From assembly GCA_010909165.1 (NCBI GenBank), contig MU008178.1, positions 6,961 to 70,960 on the forward strand: a DNA stretch of 64,000 nucleotides, in the 5' to 3' direction. Position 1 is the first letter of the stretch; every line of letters begins with the position of its first letter. The DNA comes from Anthoceros angustus (taxonomy: Eukaryota; Plantae; Anthocerotophyta). The translations under genes and the position numbers were made by a program. Shown in pieces: positions 1 through 12,204 of this stretch. The notes beneath the pieces were generated by a model. That model was not told the origin of the DNA. It ran no database searches and saw only the letters and a program-made list of their open reading frames with translations.

Positions 1-2479
1 CCCAGCCTGGCCAGCACCTGGCATGCCTGGCACACACTAAACTGTGCGGCCAGTATCGCCTAGCGCGACCCTAGCATCGCCCTAGCACACTAAACTGGCG
101 GCCTGGCACATTGCCCAGCGACCTAGCATCGCCTAGCACACTAAGCCTAGCGGCCTGGCACAGCATCGCCTAGCGGCTGGCGCACAGCATCGCCTAGCGT
201 CGCCCAGCACGCGGCCTAGCACGCCTAGCACTAAGCCTGCACGGCTATCACACTAAGCTGCTTGACTTATAAATCCTAACGCCTATCGCGTATACTCCAG
301 ATCAAAATCTAGCAGTCAGTAGAGGAGGGAGGTGGAAAAGGAGGACACCGGAAGGAGCAGAAGATGCGAGGTTCCTCCTGCTCCATAAACCTATCTCCCT
401 GCCACCATCTCCACCCTTTGCTGCAGAAGCCTCTGCCGCTACCACTCTCCAGGAATGAAATCGATTCAGAGCAGATCGGTGACGGAGGCTCCTCCCCCGG
501 CTCACCACCCGCCACAATTGCCTTGCTACCGGCATCTTTGCTCACCCCGGCTGCGATTCTTCACACCTCAACTAGAAGACAACGCACGACTAAGAAGTTG
601 AGCACGACTCAGAGTTCAGTACCCTGCTGAACGTTTCCTTGTGATTCGTATGCGGATTTGAGGAAGTGGATTTTCTACTACTGGTCGCATTCGGCGATCG
701 TCCTTCCGAACCCGCCCACTAGTTCCTCTGTCAAGACGGCCTCTGAGTTTTGGAGCTCAGACCAGGTAGATTGTCTGTCATGTTGATTGCAATTGGCAAC
801 GAGTACCTGGCTCGATGTGCCTGATAGTTTGTTCACTAATGTTCTGGCTGTATTCGCAGCAGGCTGCCGGTTTCCTGTCAGATTGTAAATCTTGGAGGGA
901 ATCAAAATCGGAGGCATGTAAGTCAGTCAGGCTGAAAGTGGTGTAGTTGTCCGAGGGATCTCGAGGAGGAACTTGTTAATGGCTGTGATGCGTCTTATTC
1001 ATGATGTCTTGGTGCATAGCTAGTAGGTTTTGTTTTGACCGTGGGGACCTCGTCTACAAGCTCGCCTTTTTTCCTTCTGCACAAGAGCCAAGATGACTCA
1101 GAATAAAGAAGGCCCCAGGGTGAGTGGCGACTCAGGGGCAGGTGGCGAGGTTTTGTTCTACTCCCGCCTTGCTGCATCATCATTCTGCGCCCTCGATTAA
1201 GTGGCGACTTCTCATGTACACATTATCATTAGTAGTTGCTGCTTAAGACACTAAGCCCAGTGCTTATCAATCCCAACACGCCTATCTAACGACACACACG
1301 CGACACACGAGATCATAAACAGAATAACAGGAGGAGTAACTCGCACATCGGCACAACACACTCTCCTTATAAGTAAATACATGCAAATTCCTCACACATC
1401 GCTCTCGGTCGAAGCTTTGGCCTCCCCACAACACCCTTGCATTGCATATCTAGAGGACAAGCGCGATCCGACAGCTCCGCGAGGTCCAGTCGCCTAGCAC
1501 ACTAAGCCTAGCGCTCAGCGGCCTAGCACAACTAAGCCTAGCACTGCCCAGCAGACGCTTGCATGCAAGCCTAGCACCCGCCCAGCACGCCTAGCACTAA
1601 GCCCAGCACCCAAGCATCGCCCAGCACACTAAGCCCAGCACGCCCAGCACGCCCAGCACACTGCTTCCCACCCGCCTAGCACCCCAGCACACCAAGCCCA
1701 GCACCCCAGCCTAGCACACTAAGCCCAGCCCAGCACTGGCAGCACACCAAGCCCAGCAGCCTAGCATCGCCCAGCACACCCCAGCATCGCCTAGCACACT
1801 AAGCCAGCGCACCAGCACATTGCCCAGCACGACCTAGCATCGCCCAGCACACTAAGCCCAGCACGGCCTGGCACGCTAGCATCGCCTGGCACGCCCCTAG
1901 CATCGCCAAGCGCCTAGCACGCCAGCACGCCCAGCATCGCCTAGCACACAAGCCTAGCACGCCTATCACACTAAGCCAAGTTTATAAATCCTAGCACGCC
2001 TATCTAACGATACATAGATCATAGTCAGAATAACAGGAGGAGTAAGTCGCACATCGAGGCAAACACACCTCCCACGAGATCAACACGCAATTCCTCACAC
2101 ATCGCCTCGAGTCGTAGCTTGGCCTCCTCACAACACCCTTGCATTGCATATTTAGAGGACAGCTCACATCGGACAAGCTATGATGCTTGTCCTATGAAAG
2201 GTTCATATATACTGTACTCCAGATATTCCTAAGATCGACGCAAAGATATGCCTAAATATCCCAAGAATACACTATAATACGCATGAATATGCTAAAGCAT
2301 ATTACTTGAGCTTATCCACTTAGCTATTGCTAACCATTTTTAATTAACACTAATCAATTCTTAATTAACATAAGCACTTTAGATTAATTAACATTAATTA
2401 TTTACTTACTTAAACATAAGTAATTAGATTAATTAATTCTAATCAAACACTAAACCCAAGTACAGAGATTAGTGTCACA
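1..2479 (-). mobile_element. Degenerate LTR-retrotransposon remnant with internal tandem repeats
   Basis: Ends in ...TGTCACA at 2479 (TG start on the minus strand). Arrays of GCCTAGCAC/ACACTAAGCC units at 1-260 and 1490-1980. A ~230-bp block is duplicated at ~1250-1490 and ~1960-2170. Broken, possibly gag-like ORFs at 300-1200. Confidence 0.5.
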
Positions 2480-3193
2480 ACGGCATGACAAAGGCCATGT
2501 ATTGGTAACTTGTATCGACACACGCACTTGCGTTATTCGCATGGCCTTGTCAAGCATAGAAAAATGCTCACCTGGATTCGATCGCGTGAACATGGGAAAC
2601 GACTAGCTACTAACCACGATTCAACCGCCAATTTGTTTCAATGCTCTTGTCACTGCTTGCAAGCTCGTTGCCTATTGATTGATTAGACCTTGGCTGGTTA
2701 AGGCTGCTTAGGGTAAGTTTCTCGCACACAAATCCCTCATGAGAAAATAGTCGCACCCTAGAACGGCGGAAACCAATCCATTCGGGCTTTTCTTTTTTGG
2801 CAAGGAAAATGGACTGTTGCCTCGAGGATTTCTTTTCACAATTTACTTTACTCTTTTTTACAAGTGTAATTATACCAACATTCTACGTGTAAGTCTCTAC
2901 GTTCTCTTCTACTATACCAACTTCAAAAGAATGTTACAATGCAATAGAGGATAACACAATGGAATATACGGACTGAGCTTTAGACTACCTTTCCTTTCAG
3001 CTTTTGCACCTTGAAATCTAATTGGAATTTGAAAATAGACGGAATCTGATGAAAGAATATGCGGACAAGTTAGTAACTGGTGTGGTAGGTGGACTGATCC
3101 TGAGCTGTTGCTGGATACCATACAGTTTTGGTTAGCTTTTCATTAGTCCTTTGAGTTGCAACCCTAGATTGCTCAGAAGCTACAGTTTGTCAG

Positions 3194-3575
3194 ATTGACA
3201 TACATCGTGTAGGAAGCGAGAGGGGTTCAAATGACAATCCCAATGCCTGGCCGCAATGTATCGCAGCAAGAGGAAGCTCATGTGAAAGCGCAGTATAGGC
3301 AATTGAAACATCTGGTGGACGAACACGACATTGTGTTCCTGCTAACTGACACAAGAGAGAGTCGATGGTTGCCAACCCTCTTGTGTGCAGAGGGAAACAA
3401 GGTGACTGGCTTGGAGTGGACGTTCGTATATTCTGTGTTTGTCGTGCAGTATTTGTTATGCTGAGTGGCCACAGAATAATATTGCAAAGGCTTTGGTGCA
3501 GATCAGCAGGATGGATCTCCACCTAGATCACGTTTGGGATGCTATTTCTGCAACGACGTGATTGCTCCACTGGAT
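3194..3575 (+). pseudogene. ATG7: ATG7 (autophagy E1-like enzyme) gene fragment, two exons
   Basis: Exon 3194-3401 (AG/GT bounded) encodes MTIPMPGRNVSQQEE...HDIVFLLTDTRESRWLPTLLCAEGNK. 3528-3575 encodes [16 protein letters not shown]. Both are hallmark ATG7 C-terminal motifs. The rest of the gene is absent. Confidence 0.85.
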
Positions 3576-3585
3576 GTGGGTATGG

Positions 3586-3820
3586 TTCGTGCCGCAGTTC
3601 CTCGGGCTCAACACGCTGGGCATCGTCTTCCCCCGCGGCCTGCTGCATTGCCAAAAGAACATCGGTGACAACAAGGCCTTCGCCATCGCCGGCTTCAGCA
3701 GCCAGAACCCCGGCCTCCAGGTCCTGGTGACATCCTGTTCAGCGATTCTTCCCACCCCAGTTCTGCCGATATCTTGGAGCAGGCGCAGGGCATCGACGGC
3801 AACATCTTGGACAAGAAGTC
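3586..3820 (+). pseudogene. Germin-like (cupin) protein fragment, internally deleted
   Basis: [12 protein letters not shown] is joined directly to [34 protein letters not shown], followed by a frameshifted [17 protein letters not shown]. These match germin motifs (PGLNTLG, VFPxGLxHFQ, SSQNPG). Confidence 0.75.
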
Positions 3821-4184
3821 TATTATAGTCCCATTTGGATGGAATTTCCGTATATGGGACTTGGTATTTCACAACTTGTACCTATGATGTGCCTAAGCTA
3901 CTAGCACCAAGAGCATCCAGTCCCTCTAGGCACATCGAAGCGCAGATGCACGTTGTTATAAATTTGTGCCTGTTTGCCCTAAGCCGTTTGGGCAAGCTCC
4001 TGGCTTTTGCCCAAGGGATGACTGTCACTCCAAAGCCCACTGTGTATACAGCACAACACTGTTCTCGTCCATACTGCACAACACACAATGAAAGTGCAGG
4101 GACCGTTTATCATACAGCATACCTTTTACATGTATGTATGTAACCCTCCATCCAACCCGGTGTACAACAAAGCAAAAAACTGAC

Positions 4185-4239
4185 TCCAGACAGGGGTTGC
4201 AGTGGGGGGAGCATCCCCACGCTGCATCCCCTGTCTGGG
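4185..4239. repeat. GC-rich hairpin/palindrome
   Basis: CCAGACAGGGG (4186-4196) pairs with CCCCTGTCTGG (4228-4238). Inner pairs are TGCAG/CTGCA and GTGGGG/CCCCAC. Confidence 0.8.
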
Positions 4240-4319
4240 ATTCACAATAAAAAGTAGGGAAGTATAATACTCACAGGCTTTTCAGTTTCACGTTTTGAAA
4301 CTTTCGTTTACATCCAGGT

Positions 4320-4770
4320 GTATTAACTAGAAGCAAAGAGAGTATCTCATCCTTCCTTAAATTAGAACCTGGAAAACAGCTGTTAGTGAGAAAATGCCTA
4401 ATAGTGTTGGGCAGTCAGCTATGTTGGAAACCATTGGCCACAAAAGCATCAATGAGAATTTGGATCTCTTGTATGGCTTTCCGAGCATCAGAGTTGATGT
4501 AAAGCAAAGGGAACACGTGCGACAAGATGACTTCGTAAGCTTGTCCAACAGCCCGATTGGACATGAAGTGAATGAATTGGGCAAAGCAGAAAGGAGCTGA
4601 TGAATACAGGCATCCCCCAAGCTTTTTTGGGCCCTAACGTGGAGAGAAGGGATGGCTTCCCTGTTTGGATTCACCCATTGAATGTGGTTACTACACAGTC
4701 TGAGGTTCAGGATTTCAGCACAGACTCTGAAGGTTATCTCCTTGGAAAGAGAGCTCATTTCTATCATTCC
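4320..4770. mobile_element. Penelope-like retroelement RT remnant with internal inversion
   Basis: The minus strand from ~4600 reads FIHFMSNRAVGQAYEVILSHVFPLLYINSDARKAIQEIQILIDAFVANGF...FLTNSCFPG, resembling a PLE RT thumb (HFxSNxP...NGY/F). The plus strand 4600-4770 reads NTGIPQAFLGP...WIHPLNV...SEV...AHF, recalled as the preceding part of plant PLE RTs. Confidence 0.5.
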
Positions 4771-4888
4771 AGTTTGAAATTTCCAACCATGCTACCGGAG
4801 AATTCTCATATAGAAAATATGACAAAAGATCCCTATGAGACACTCAAAATACTTGATGGAAAACATGCCTGGAAATTGCCCGAGTACC

Positions 4889-4972
4889 AGCTATTCGAGC
4901 CCGGAGTTTCCTTCGAGCCTTCTGAACAGCGACATTGTACTCGCTGCTCACGGTGGGGTAAACCTTTCCCAT
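4889..4972 (-). pseudogene. APX: Cytosolic ascorbate peroxidase, N-terminal 28-codon fragment
   Basis: MGKVYPTVSSEYNVAVQKARRKLRARIA matches the cytosolic APX N-terminus (MGKSYPTVS.EY..AVEKARRKLRG.IA). No downstream RLAWHSAGT exon was found. Confidence 0.75.
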
Positions 4973-5565
4973 GGATGCCTCTACGGAGGCAGCAAAAGGT
5001 CCGATTTGGAGCTTGTCAAGAAACTCTCTCGCAATTTTTACAGTCTGCTGTGTAACAAGGTGAGTGGCGACAAGACGAACTAACGCACGAGTCAATTAAC
5101 GCGCTAGATACCGAGACGGTGGAGAGTTTGCACGCAGCCTGATAGCAGGAGGATTCCTGAGAGGCAATTCCGGAAATCCAAGATCCGACTCTCGTCACGC
5201 TCTGCGAAAATCTTGCCAGCAACAACGGAGCGCTTCAGATCCCGCAGCAAGAAGACGAGGTTCCTTCGGAGCGGCATCCGCACTAGCAATTGGACAGAAT
5301 CTACATTGACAGGAAAAGAAAAGCACAATGGAAAGCGCCCCACACCGCGACTGAGGCAGAGACTCCAGCGACTGATGTGGCGGGTGCGGGAGCAGGACAG
5401 GCTGCCGTTCTTGCGTCTTCCTCGTGCCTTGATTGCGCACGGAGAGTGACGGAGTTTGAACTGAACTATAGGAGATTCTTATCCACCCGAGCGCACAGAA
5501 TTGCGATATTTTATTATTCGATAGTTTCCTCCTTGCGGGAAGCGGAGAGACGGCAGCGGAAGGCG

Positions 5566-6380
5566 ATGGCGGCAGCCGCAGGCGTAGCGACTGTCACAGG
5601 GTGGCAGACTCGCTGCCGTTTCCAGACGCAGGCGAGCATCACCTGTAGAAGTTGCCCTAGTGTGTGCAATGCAGCGTCGCCTGCGGCGCTGTGGAGCTCT
5701 CCCGGCGGCGTAGGATTCGGTGGTCAGGGATTCAGGGAATGCCGTGCTGCGGAGTTGCGGTCCGTTGGCGTGAGGCCTCGTGGAGCCCGGCCTTGTACGA
5801 GGGCCTCTGCGCAGGGGGATGAGTTTCAGGTGCGCAGGCTGCTTGTTTCAGCGTGAGCTTGTTTTTGCAGATGAGATTTAGCAGATGTGCAGCATTGCTG
5901 CCTGCTGTGTCAGAGTGGATGCATTCAGTGGATAGCTCGGTTACTTGTGCCCGGTTGTACAGACGACCTCGCAGTCGGGAGTGAAAACCAAAAGCATCCT
6001 TTGCACAAACTGCACGGGGAACGGTGAGTGTCCACTGACGCCAGTCTAGGGTTTCTGCATGCTAGTCTGTGGTCTAAAACTCTTGCTGATTTTCGCAGGG
6101 GCTGTTGTGTGTTCCCAGTGTAATGGAGAAGGCGTGAATGCGGTGGATCACTTCAATGGCCGGTTCAAAGCAGGCCAAATTTGCTGGCTGTGCAGGTACT
6201 CTGTATTCCATTCGCTATGCACCTGTCCCGAGCCCTGCCAGTGACATCTTTCTGTACCTGAGTTTACCTTTCTCCCTGGCTGTGTCGATGTAATCCTGCA
6301 GGGGCAAGAAACAAATGCTCTGCGGAGAGTGCAATGGTGCTGGATTCATTGGTGGCTTTCTGAATACGCAAGACGATTAG
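5566..6380 (+). CDS. BSD2: BUNDLE SHEATH DEFECTIVE 2, chloroplast DnaJ-like zinc-finger Rubisco chaperone
   Basis: Exons 5566-5829, 5963-6023, 6099-6195 and 6302-6380 with GT-AG introns. Transit-peptide-like N-terminus, then KSILCTNCTGNGAVVCSQCNGEGVNAVDHFNGRFKAGQICWLCRGKKQMLCGECNGAGFIGGFLNTQDD*. Confidence 0.95.
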
Positions 6381-6923
6381 GGCCTGCAACACCCTAGGCC
6401 AGCATATCGCGGTCACCTTTTCGGCTATTATTCACGCCGAACTAGTATCTCATCGTTTGTGCACTGAAGTAGAGATTCCGAAGTAAACTGCTTGTTTCTA
6501 CTTCATACAGTCCAGACGCAATCAGCGTGGTCGACGTGTCTGAGTCTGGGTCATCCTCACGAGGCTTATCCGAGAAGATAAAAGGTTCAATATAAGTTAT
6601 AATCTTCATTCAATTGTACGGTGGAAACATTCTTTAATCAAAAGAGGCTGCACAGCGGCTAGTGTATACAGAGTATGTAAAGACTTTTTGAACCCGCTTG
6701 CAGTGGTTCGCACATGGAACCAAGATCTGCCGCAGGAGGCCGTAGATCGAACTTGACTGTTAAATTCTCTGCGTATTTTCTCCAAGGGGCACAGAGAAAA
6801 TGTTAGGCAAGTCAAAACGACTCTCACAAGAGAGTTCTCACAAAGTACACAGTCCCGAGGACAGTTCTTCAATCGCAAGAACATCCATGCTGAACCTGAA
6901 GATCTGACTACAGTTCGACCACC

Positions 6924-7832
6924 CTAGGCCGCAGCCTCCTGCTTGGCGGCCTCTTCAAAAGTCTCGCCCTCTACCAGCTCAGGCACGTCCTCATCGTCGT
7001 CATCTGCCGCACCAGACTCTTGCCTCTGGTACTGCTGAGCTATCTTTTTCAAGTTGGCCAAGTTGTCCGGACCTGCACAAAAGAACGAACAGAACACATG
7101 TCACTCGACGAGGCTAATAGAGACCACAGCGAAATTTGGCTGGCAGAGCACTAACCAAGCTGGTTGATGATGCCTGGAAGCAGATCTTGCAGCTCTGGTA
7201 ACAGTCCAACATTTCTTAACGTCAGTGGGCGTTCAAAATGACCACTCAAGGCCAAACTTATTAGCCACTTCCAGCAAACCACAAGAGTGTGGACTTCGCC
7301 ACAAAACCAAGGCACAAAAAATAAGCAGCACATACTCTTCGTTTGCGACGGTCCGCTAACAACCCACGTGTTTGCAGCGATGGACGCTTGCACTGCAAGG
7401 AAAAACATACAGACGTCAGAATTTGCGGGTATGTTTAAGTAAAAGTGCTACATTCCCAGAAAACTGTGAACAAGTCGAAGACCATACCATAAACACATGG
7501 TAGTGAACACATACGGGACCAAGCCTCAGCTCACCTTTGGGATTGGAAAAATGAATAACGGTCTCATCCTTGAAGATATTGACCTCCTCAATTCCGGGTA
7601 TCGTGTTGACACCCAATCTTTTCAAGGTGTTCTGCAACCTTTTGTCATCCGTAGTAGTGGTTTTATGCACGGCCTTCTTCTTCCTGCACCAGCAATCCCA
7701 GCCCCCATCAGTACTCAGCGAAACCACAAACCCCATCCCACCACAACCCTCCGACGAAGCTCACCTCCTAACGCTGCCCTTCCCACCAGTGCGGACCGCA
7801 CTGGCCATCTTCATCAGCTTCTCCCTATTCAT
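6924..7832 (-). CDS. BTF3: Nascent polypeptide-associated complex subunit beta (BTF3)
   Basis: Exons 7832-7765, 7683-7535, 7392-7336, 7194-7156 and 7072-6924. Protein [62 protein letters not shown]...[14 protein letters not shown]...[14 protein letters not shown]...[12 protein letters not shown]. Probable 5'-UTR intron at ~7833-8081. Confidence 0.96.
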
Positions 7833-8109
7833 CTACAACACGCGCAAGGCATCCACAATGTCAGCACGTGCTCCCAGCCGCACCACATTGCCAAGAACAA
7901 GAACCCGGCCAGGGAAGCCGCGGTGACACACACCGCGAGCTGAGACGCGGTCACGAGAGGTCACGTGAGGTTAGGCGGTAAGGCAAGGCACGATGTGCGG
8001 GCGCCCAAGGGCGGCGGCAACCGGCGGTGGCAAAGCGCAAGATTTCACAGACAGTGGCGCGGCCACCACACGCAGATATACCTTGGCTTGGCTTCGGATG
8101 GATCGGGCA

Positions 8110-8270
8110 AGGGCTAAACCCTGAAGCGGCTGCGCTCCTGCGTCTGAGGCTGAGCGGCGTCAGCTGGGAAGAGCCTTGCCCCTTTTTGTTTGGGCTTTGC
8201 TAAAACCTAAGCCCTCTGGCTAAACTCGGGCTAAGGTTGCGCCGGCCCTGCCACTTCGGATAAACCCAAT
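8110..8270 (-). promoter_or_regulatory. BTF3 promoter region with telo-box-like and GGGCY site-II-like motifs
   Basis: TAAACCCT, AAAACCTAA, TAAACCCAA and several GGGCT/AGCCC motifs upstream of the BTF3 5' UTR. This combination is typical of plant translation-machinery genes. Confidence 0.4.
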
Positions 8271-8324
8271 TACGCCGAGCACGCCTGTAGGGCTCTGGAG
8301 GGTTTGAGCACAGCTTTGTAAACT

Positions 8325-8374
8325 CTACTAGAAGTAGGCACACATATATGCATGTGTGTGCCTACTTCTAGTAG
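8325..8374. repeat. Perfect 20-bp inverted repeat (hairpin)
   Basis: CTACTAGAAGTAGGCACACA (8325-8344) pairs with TGTGTGCCTACTTCTAGTAG (8355-8374). A third partial copy lies at 8370-8387. Confidence 0.85.
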
Positions 8375-9729
8375 GCACACACATATACCTTGGATAATAT
8401 ATTCAACAAGGTGGACTCTTAGAAAAAATAAAAAGGCCTATTTAGATATTCTGTTCTTTCTTGTAGTTTATGGTACGACCGGACAAATTTAGAGCTTGTT
8501 AAATATTTTAGGATTTTTTTTAGTTGGAAGTAATATAACGAAATGCCTCTCCAACAACAAATATAGGTTTTTCCATCTCCCAAACTATGATATTATCTAA
8601 ATCTAAAATCTTATACAAATTCATAAGTGATATATGTTTTGACTGTAATAACTTGATAATCTGTGTATGCTAGACTTCTTGGTTACAACAATCTCATCTA
8701 ACTTGCTAGCACCTAGTTCCCTTAGCTTAAGACTCAATCTAACACGATATTGGCAAAAAAGTAGTTAGCTACTGGCAACTCCAATGTGACAGAAAATGCA
8801 AAGGCAAAGACTCTCAATCACAAGAAGAGGTGCTTGTCTTTGAGGGTATGCAAATGGATTGGTACAAGCCAGCTTTTTTGTTGTTTCCTAATGCTTCAAA
8901 TGCAAAGAGCAATTTGGGTTGTACAGAGTTCTCTACGTTATTTGACAATCTCCCGAACACAACTCCTGCTAGTAGTAGAAGAGTCGTAAGGTGGCTAGAG
9001 AACCTTAAACAACTTGAACAATAGAATTGTCAGATAATGGTATAGAGTTTATCCATCCTAATCTATCATAGGTAGATGCAAATTTTGGGCTTGAATTTAT
9101 ACCACTTCCGATCACAATTGTGAGGCAACTTCTCATATTTGTAGTGAAGTTGAGTCTCATGTTCAAGAGAAGGTTGACTTTAACAACACAAGCTCGGGCT
9201 TTCCGTTCTAAAAAAGGAACTCTTGATTAAACTCAGAATGACGAATCTACTCAAAACGAGTCTTTGAAGATACAGATCACTTCATACACTTATTTTTACC
9301 CATATTCTGAACTCACCAACCTTGAGCACATATTCTGGTGGCCTTGTCCTTCAATATCATGTTTTAAAAAAAATAAAAAATAAAAAAATACCTTTCAATA
9401 TCTGAAGACTGGTACAAAGCCATATAGAAGAGGTTTTAGAGGCTTTGAATACAGAAGAGCGCTCTACTATCGAGAGCCCATAGAGGGTGGGCAAAGTAGG
9501 GAATCGGCATAATTACCCCACACTTTCATACCAAGAAAGGCAAAAGATCTAGGGGTCGCAAATCTGGTCAAGCCAACGGAAGTCTCGTATGGCGAAGCCT
9601 GGAGATGTCTAAAGAAGAAAATGACAAAGAGAAAGCAAAACAAAAACATTTTGTCTCCAGTCTGCCAATCTGACATCTACCTCAAAGATTCCAATAGATG
9701 CTTTTAACCCATGATAGTTCATGCGTTGG

Positions 9730-10845
9730 GACGATGTGGCTAGTGCACGAGCAGCAGGCCAGCTTAGGCTAGTCCCCAGCCATCCTTAGGGCAGACCACA
9801 TTCCGCTCCGTTCCATTGTCTAAAACCAGCTAGCAAAGACCAAGGACAATGGGGAAACCCCAAGCCCGGCGTTTCTAACCCGGTGGTCCCGAAACCCTAG
9901 AAGAATTCGTGACCAATGTTAGAAATCAAACACCAAAACCCAAGGACAAAGGGAAAGCCTCAAGCAGATCGTTTCAAATTGTCCTTGGATTTCGCAACCT
10001 ACGGTTTTTGGTAACTATAGCTAGGTTAAATATTCAAATATCGAAACCCAATGAGTAGGCAATAAATGCGGTAAATATTCAAGACAATAGCTCATTCACA
10101 CTGTACACCAGAGAACAAGGAGTCTTCTTGGAGAGAATGCACGGGAAACACATGTCGGCCTCAAGACGGCTGCAAAAGCATAGGAAGGGGCCCCGCAAGT
10201 CCATCTCCATTCCCGCCAATGCACTGCGTCACGAAGGGAGAGACTACCACGTCATCTTTCAACTCTATTCACACAGGGTTCTCTTCCAGACACTGGTCTA
10301 CTACATCTATACTGCAGTTCAAAGAGCGCAAACACTGTAGGCAAGAAGGACACCTCATCAAGCGCGGTAAAGGCCGGTTCTAGGTCAAGGCTATGTCAAC
10401 CTGAGAGCGTTGTTCTTTCTCTGAGGCTTTTGCATTCTTGAGACTTGTTTGCTCGTACTGTCCGCTATAGAGCTCTTACTTTTTACAACTAGCAATGGGT
10501 GCAAAAAGCTAAGAAGATAGAATGCCATGCCGAGAAGGACATCGAGACAAGGCGATTGGCAACGGCGGCCTTCTGCGCCGGGGATGGAGCCGTTGAGGCC
10601 ACACTGGAAGGGAATGCTTCGTTGGACCCAGCGATGGTTGTGAAAACAAGAACTTGGCACATGCTACTTTGATCTTAGGGTCGACGCCTCAAAACCTAAA
10701 AGGTAAGTGGGTGCAGGTGAAGAAGTTGAGGACGCAGGCACAAGTCTAAGAGGACAATTGCGACGAGGACGAGAGGGCACATGGAGGATCCCATAGTTTG
10801 CAAGGTACTTGTGGAGGCAAGGGGGGGAATTGGGGACGAGCTAAG
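9730..10845 (-). mobile_element. LTR-retrotransposon remnant related to the element at ~17670-19200
   Basis: 9745-9805 (GCACGAGC...GCTTAGG..AGTCCCCAGCCATCCTTA.GGCA) recurs at 19110-19170 beside a Gypsy gag/RT remnant. Confidence 0.4.
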
Positions 10846-10850
10846 CACGG

Positions 10851-11033
10851 TGTTACGATAGGCATCATTAGGTTAAGCCTAAACACATATGTCATGAATA
10901 AGCACGTTAGGGTTATATATGAACGGGTATGTATATAGTACTTAAAAACATTTTTGTGTATGAGATTGTCATTATCAAATCTACTAAAGTGAGTTTGTTC
11001 TTTAGCTTCTTCTCGCTCCGCTCGATATTTTCA
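10851..11033 (+). repeat. Copia 5' LTR
   Basis: TGTTACG...TTTTCA, followed by the PBS and identical to 17384-17566. Confidence 0.97.
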
Positions 11034-11076
11034 TGGTATCAGAGCATGGTGCTCTGCTTCCTGCTGGATTTTGACA

Positions 11077-11734
11077 ATGCCGAGGCGAGGAGGCCGTAGA
11101 GGACATCAGAGTGGTGTGCCCCCAAGAAATTTCCACAAGGAGGCCCACACACGAAGACAAACAGCAGGTGTTCCGATTGATACCTTGCTGGACCTCTACG
11201 AACACGACCATCCTGCCCTCTGGCTACAACGTTTTGTGGCACAACGAAGAACCCCACCTGGACCAACCTGGATCAGAACTCGCAACCAGGAAATTGACCG
11301 ACTCTACAGGGAGCGTTGTCACAGGAGAGGACAGAATTCAAATTTGTTCTTTAATCCTACGGCAGATCAGAATCCTCATTTGCTTTTCCGCCCTAGGAAC
11401 GCTGTGACTCCCTCCTGTTCCAGTCTTCTTCCTCTGCCACAACAACGAAGAGACAACAATCTTAGAGCAGCCCCACAGCCTAGGATCAGCGCTAATGAGA
11501 GATGGCTGCCCTGGCTAAATCTTGAAAAGGTGTCGACTTTGTCACAGCAAACCAGAATCTTACGAGGCGGCTGAGCCATACTGCAACAGGCTTGCCATCT
11601 CAAATCTCAAACGGGAAATCAAGGAGGATTTGAATTACATCACCTATTCCCTTGAAATGCTGAATCTGAGGCTTCAGGATCAGCAAATTGGATGCAAGGA
11701 CTCTGTTGTTGGGCAGATGGCTTATCAATCCTGA
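11077..11734 (+). CDS. Extra ORF(s) of unknown function between the PBS and gag
   Basis: 165-aa ORF from MPRRGGRRGHQ (11077-11574) overlaps a second frame with a coiled-coil-like segment (11522-11734). No gag motifs seen. Confidence 0.45.
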
Positions 11735-12204
11735 AATTTTCCGCTGCATTTTGAGTGGAGCAATCCTGGCGCAGGGGCAACCCCAGCCAGGATCTGAAGC
11801 GGCGGCATGGAACATACACCCCTTCACCATGCAACTTTTGTCTGCACCTGATTCGTCCAACTGTGAATGTCTATTCACAAGATAGGGACATGACGGTTAG
11901 CTTCAACCCTAATCTTTAGTTTAGTTTCTTGAAGCGACATATTTTTTTAGGGTTATGCCTATAAGCGCAACTGTTCACTAGTGTCTGAAAGGTAGTTGAG
12001 GAGTTCAGCACAAGAAGGGCGTATCTTTTTGGTACCCCCTCCTTTGGCTGAACCCTTCCAATTACCCTTCCTGCACTTAATGGTCAGTCTCTGCGACTAA
12101 AGCATGAAATTGAGCAAACTATGCATGGATACTTATCTGCCCTATAGGAACCATTGTTCCTTATAGTCTTTCTGTTATCCGTGTCTTCACCTGAAAGTCC
12201 AAAC

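Noticed and set aside
1-1980. Short repeat arrays superficially like CRISPR or telomere repeats
   Set aside because: The units are degenerate and lack unique spacers. There are no cas genes, the context is eukaryotic, and the motif is not TTTAGGG.
4240-4330. Hammerhead ribozyme next to the PLE remnant
   Set aside because: No convincing CUGANGA...GAAA core with flanking stems was found by eye.
8560-9300. Possible LINE 3' zinc-finger remnant
   Set aside because: Similarity is too weak to support a call without a search.
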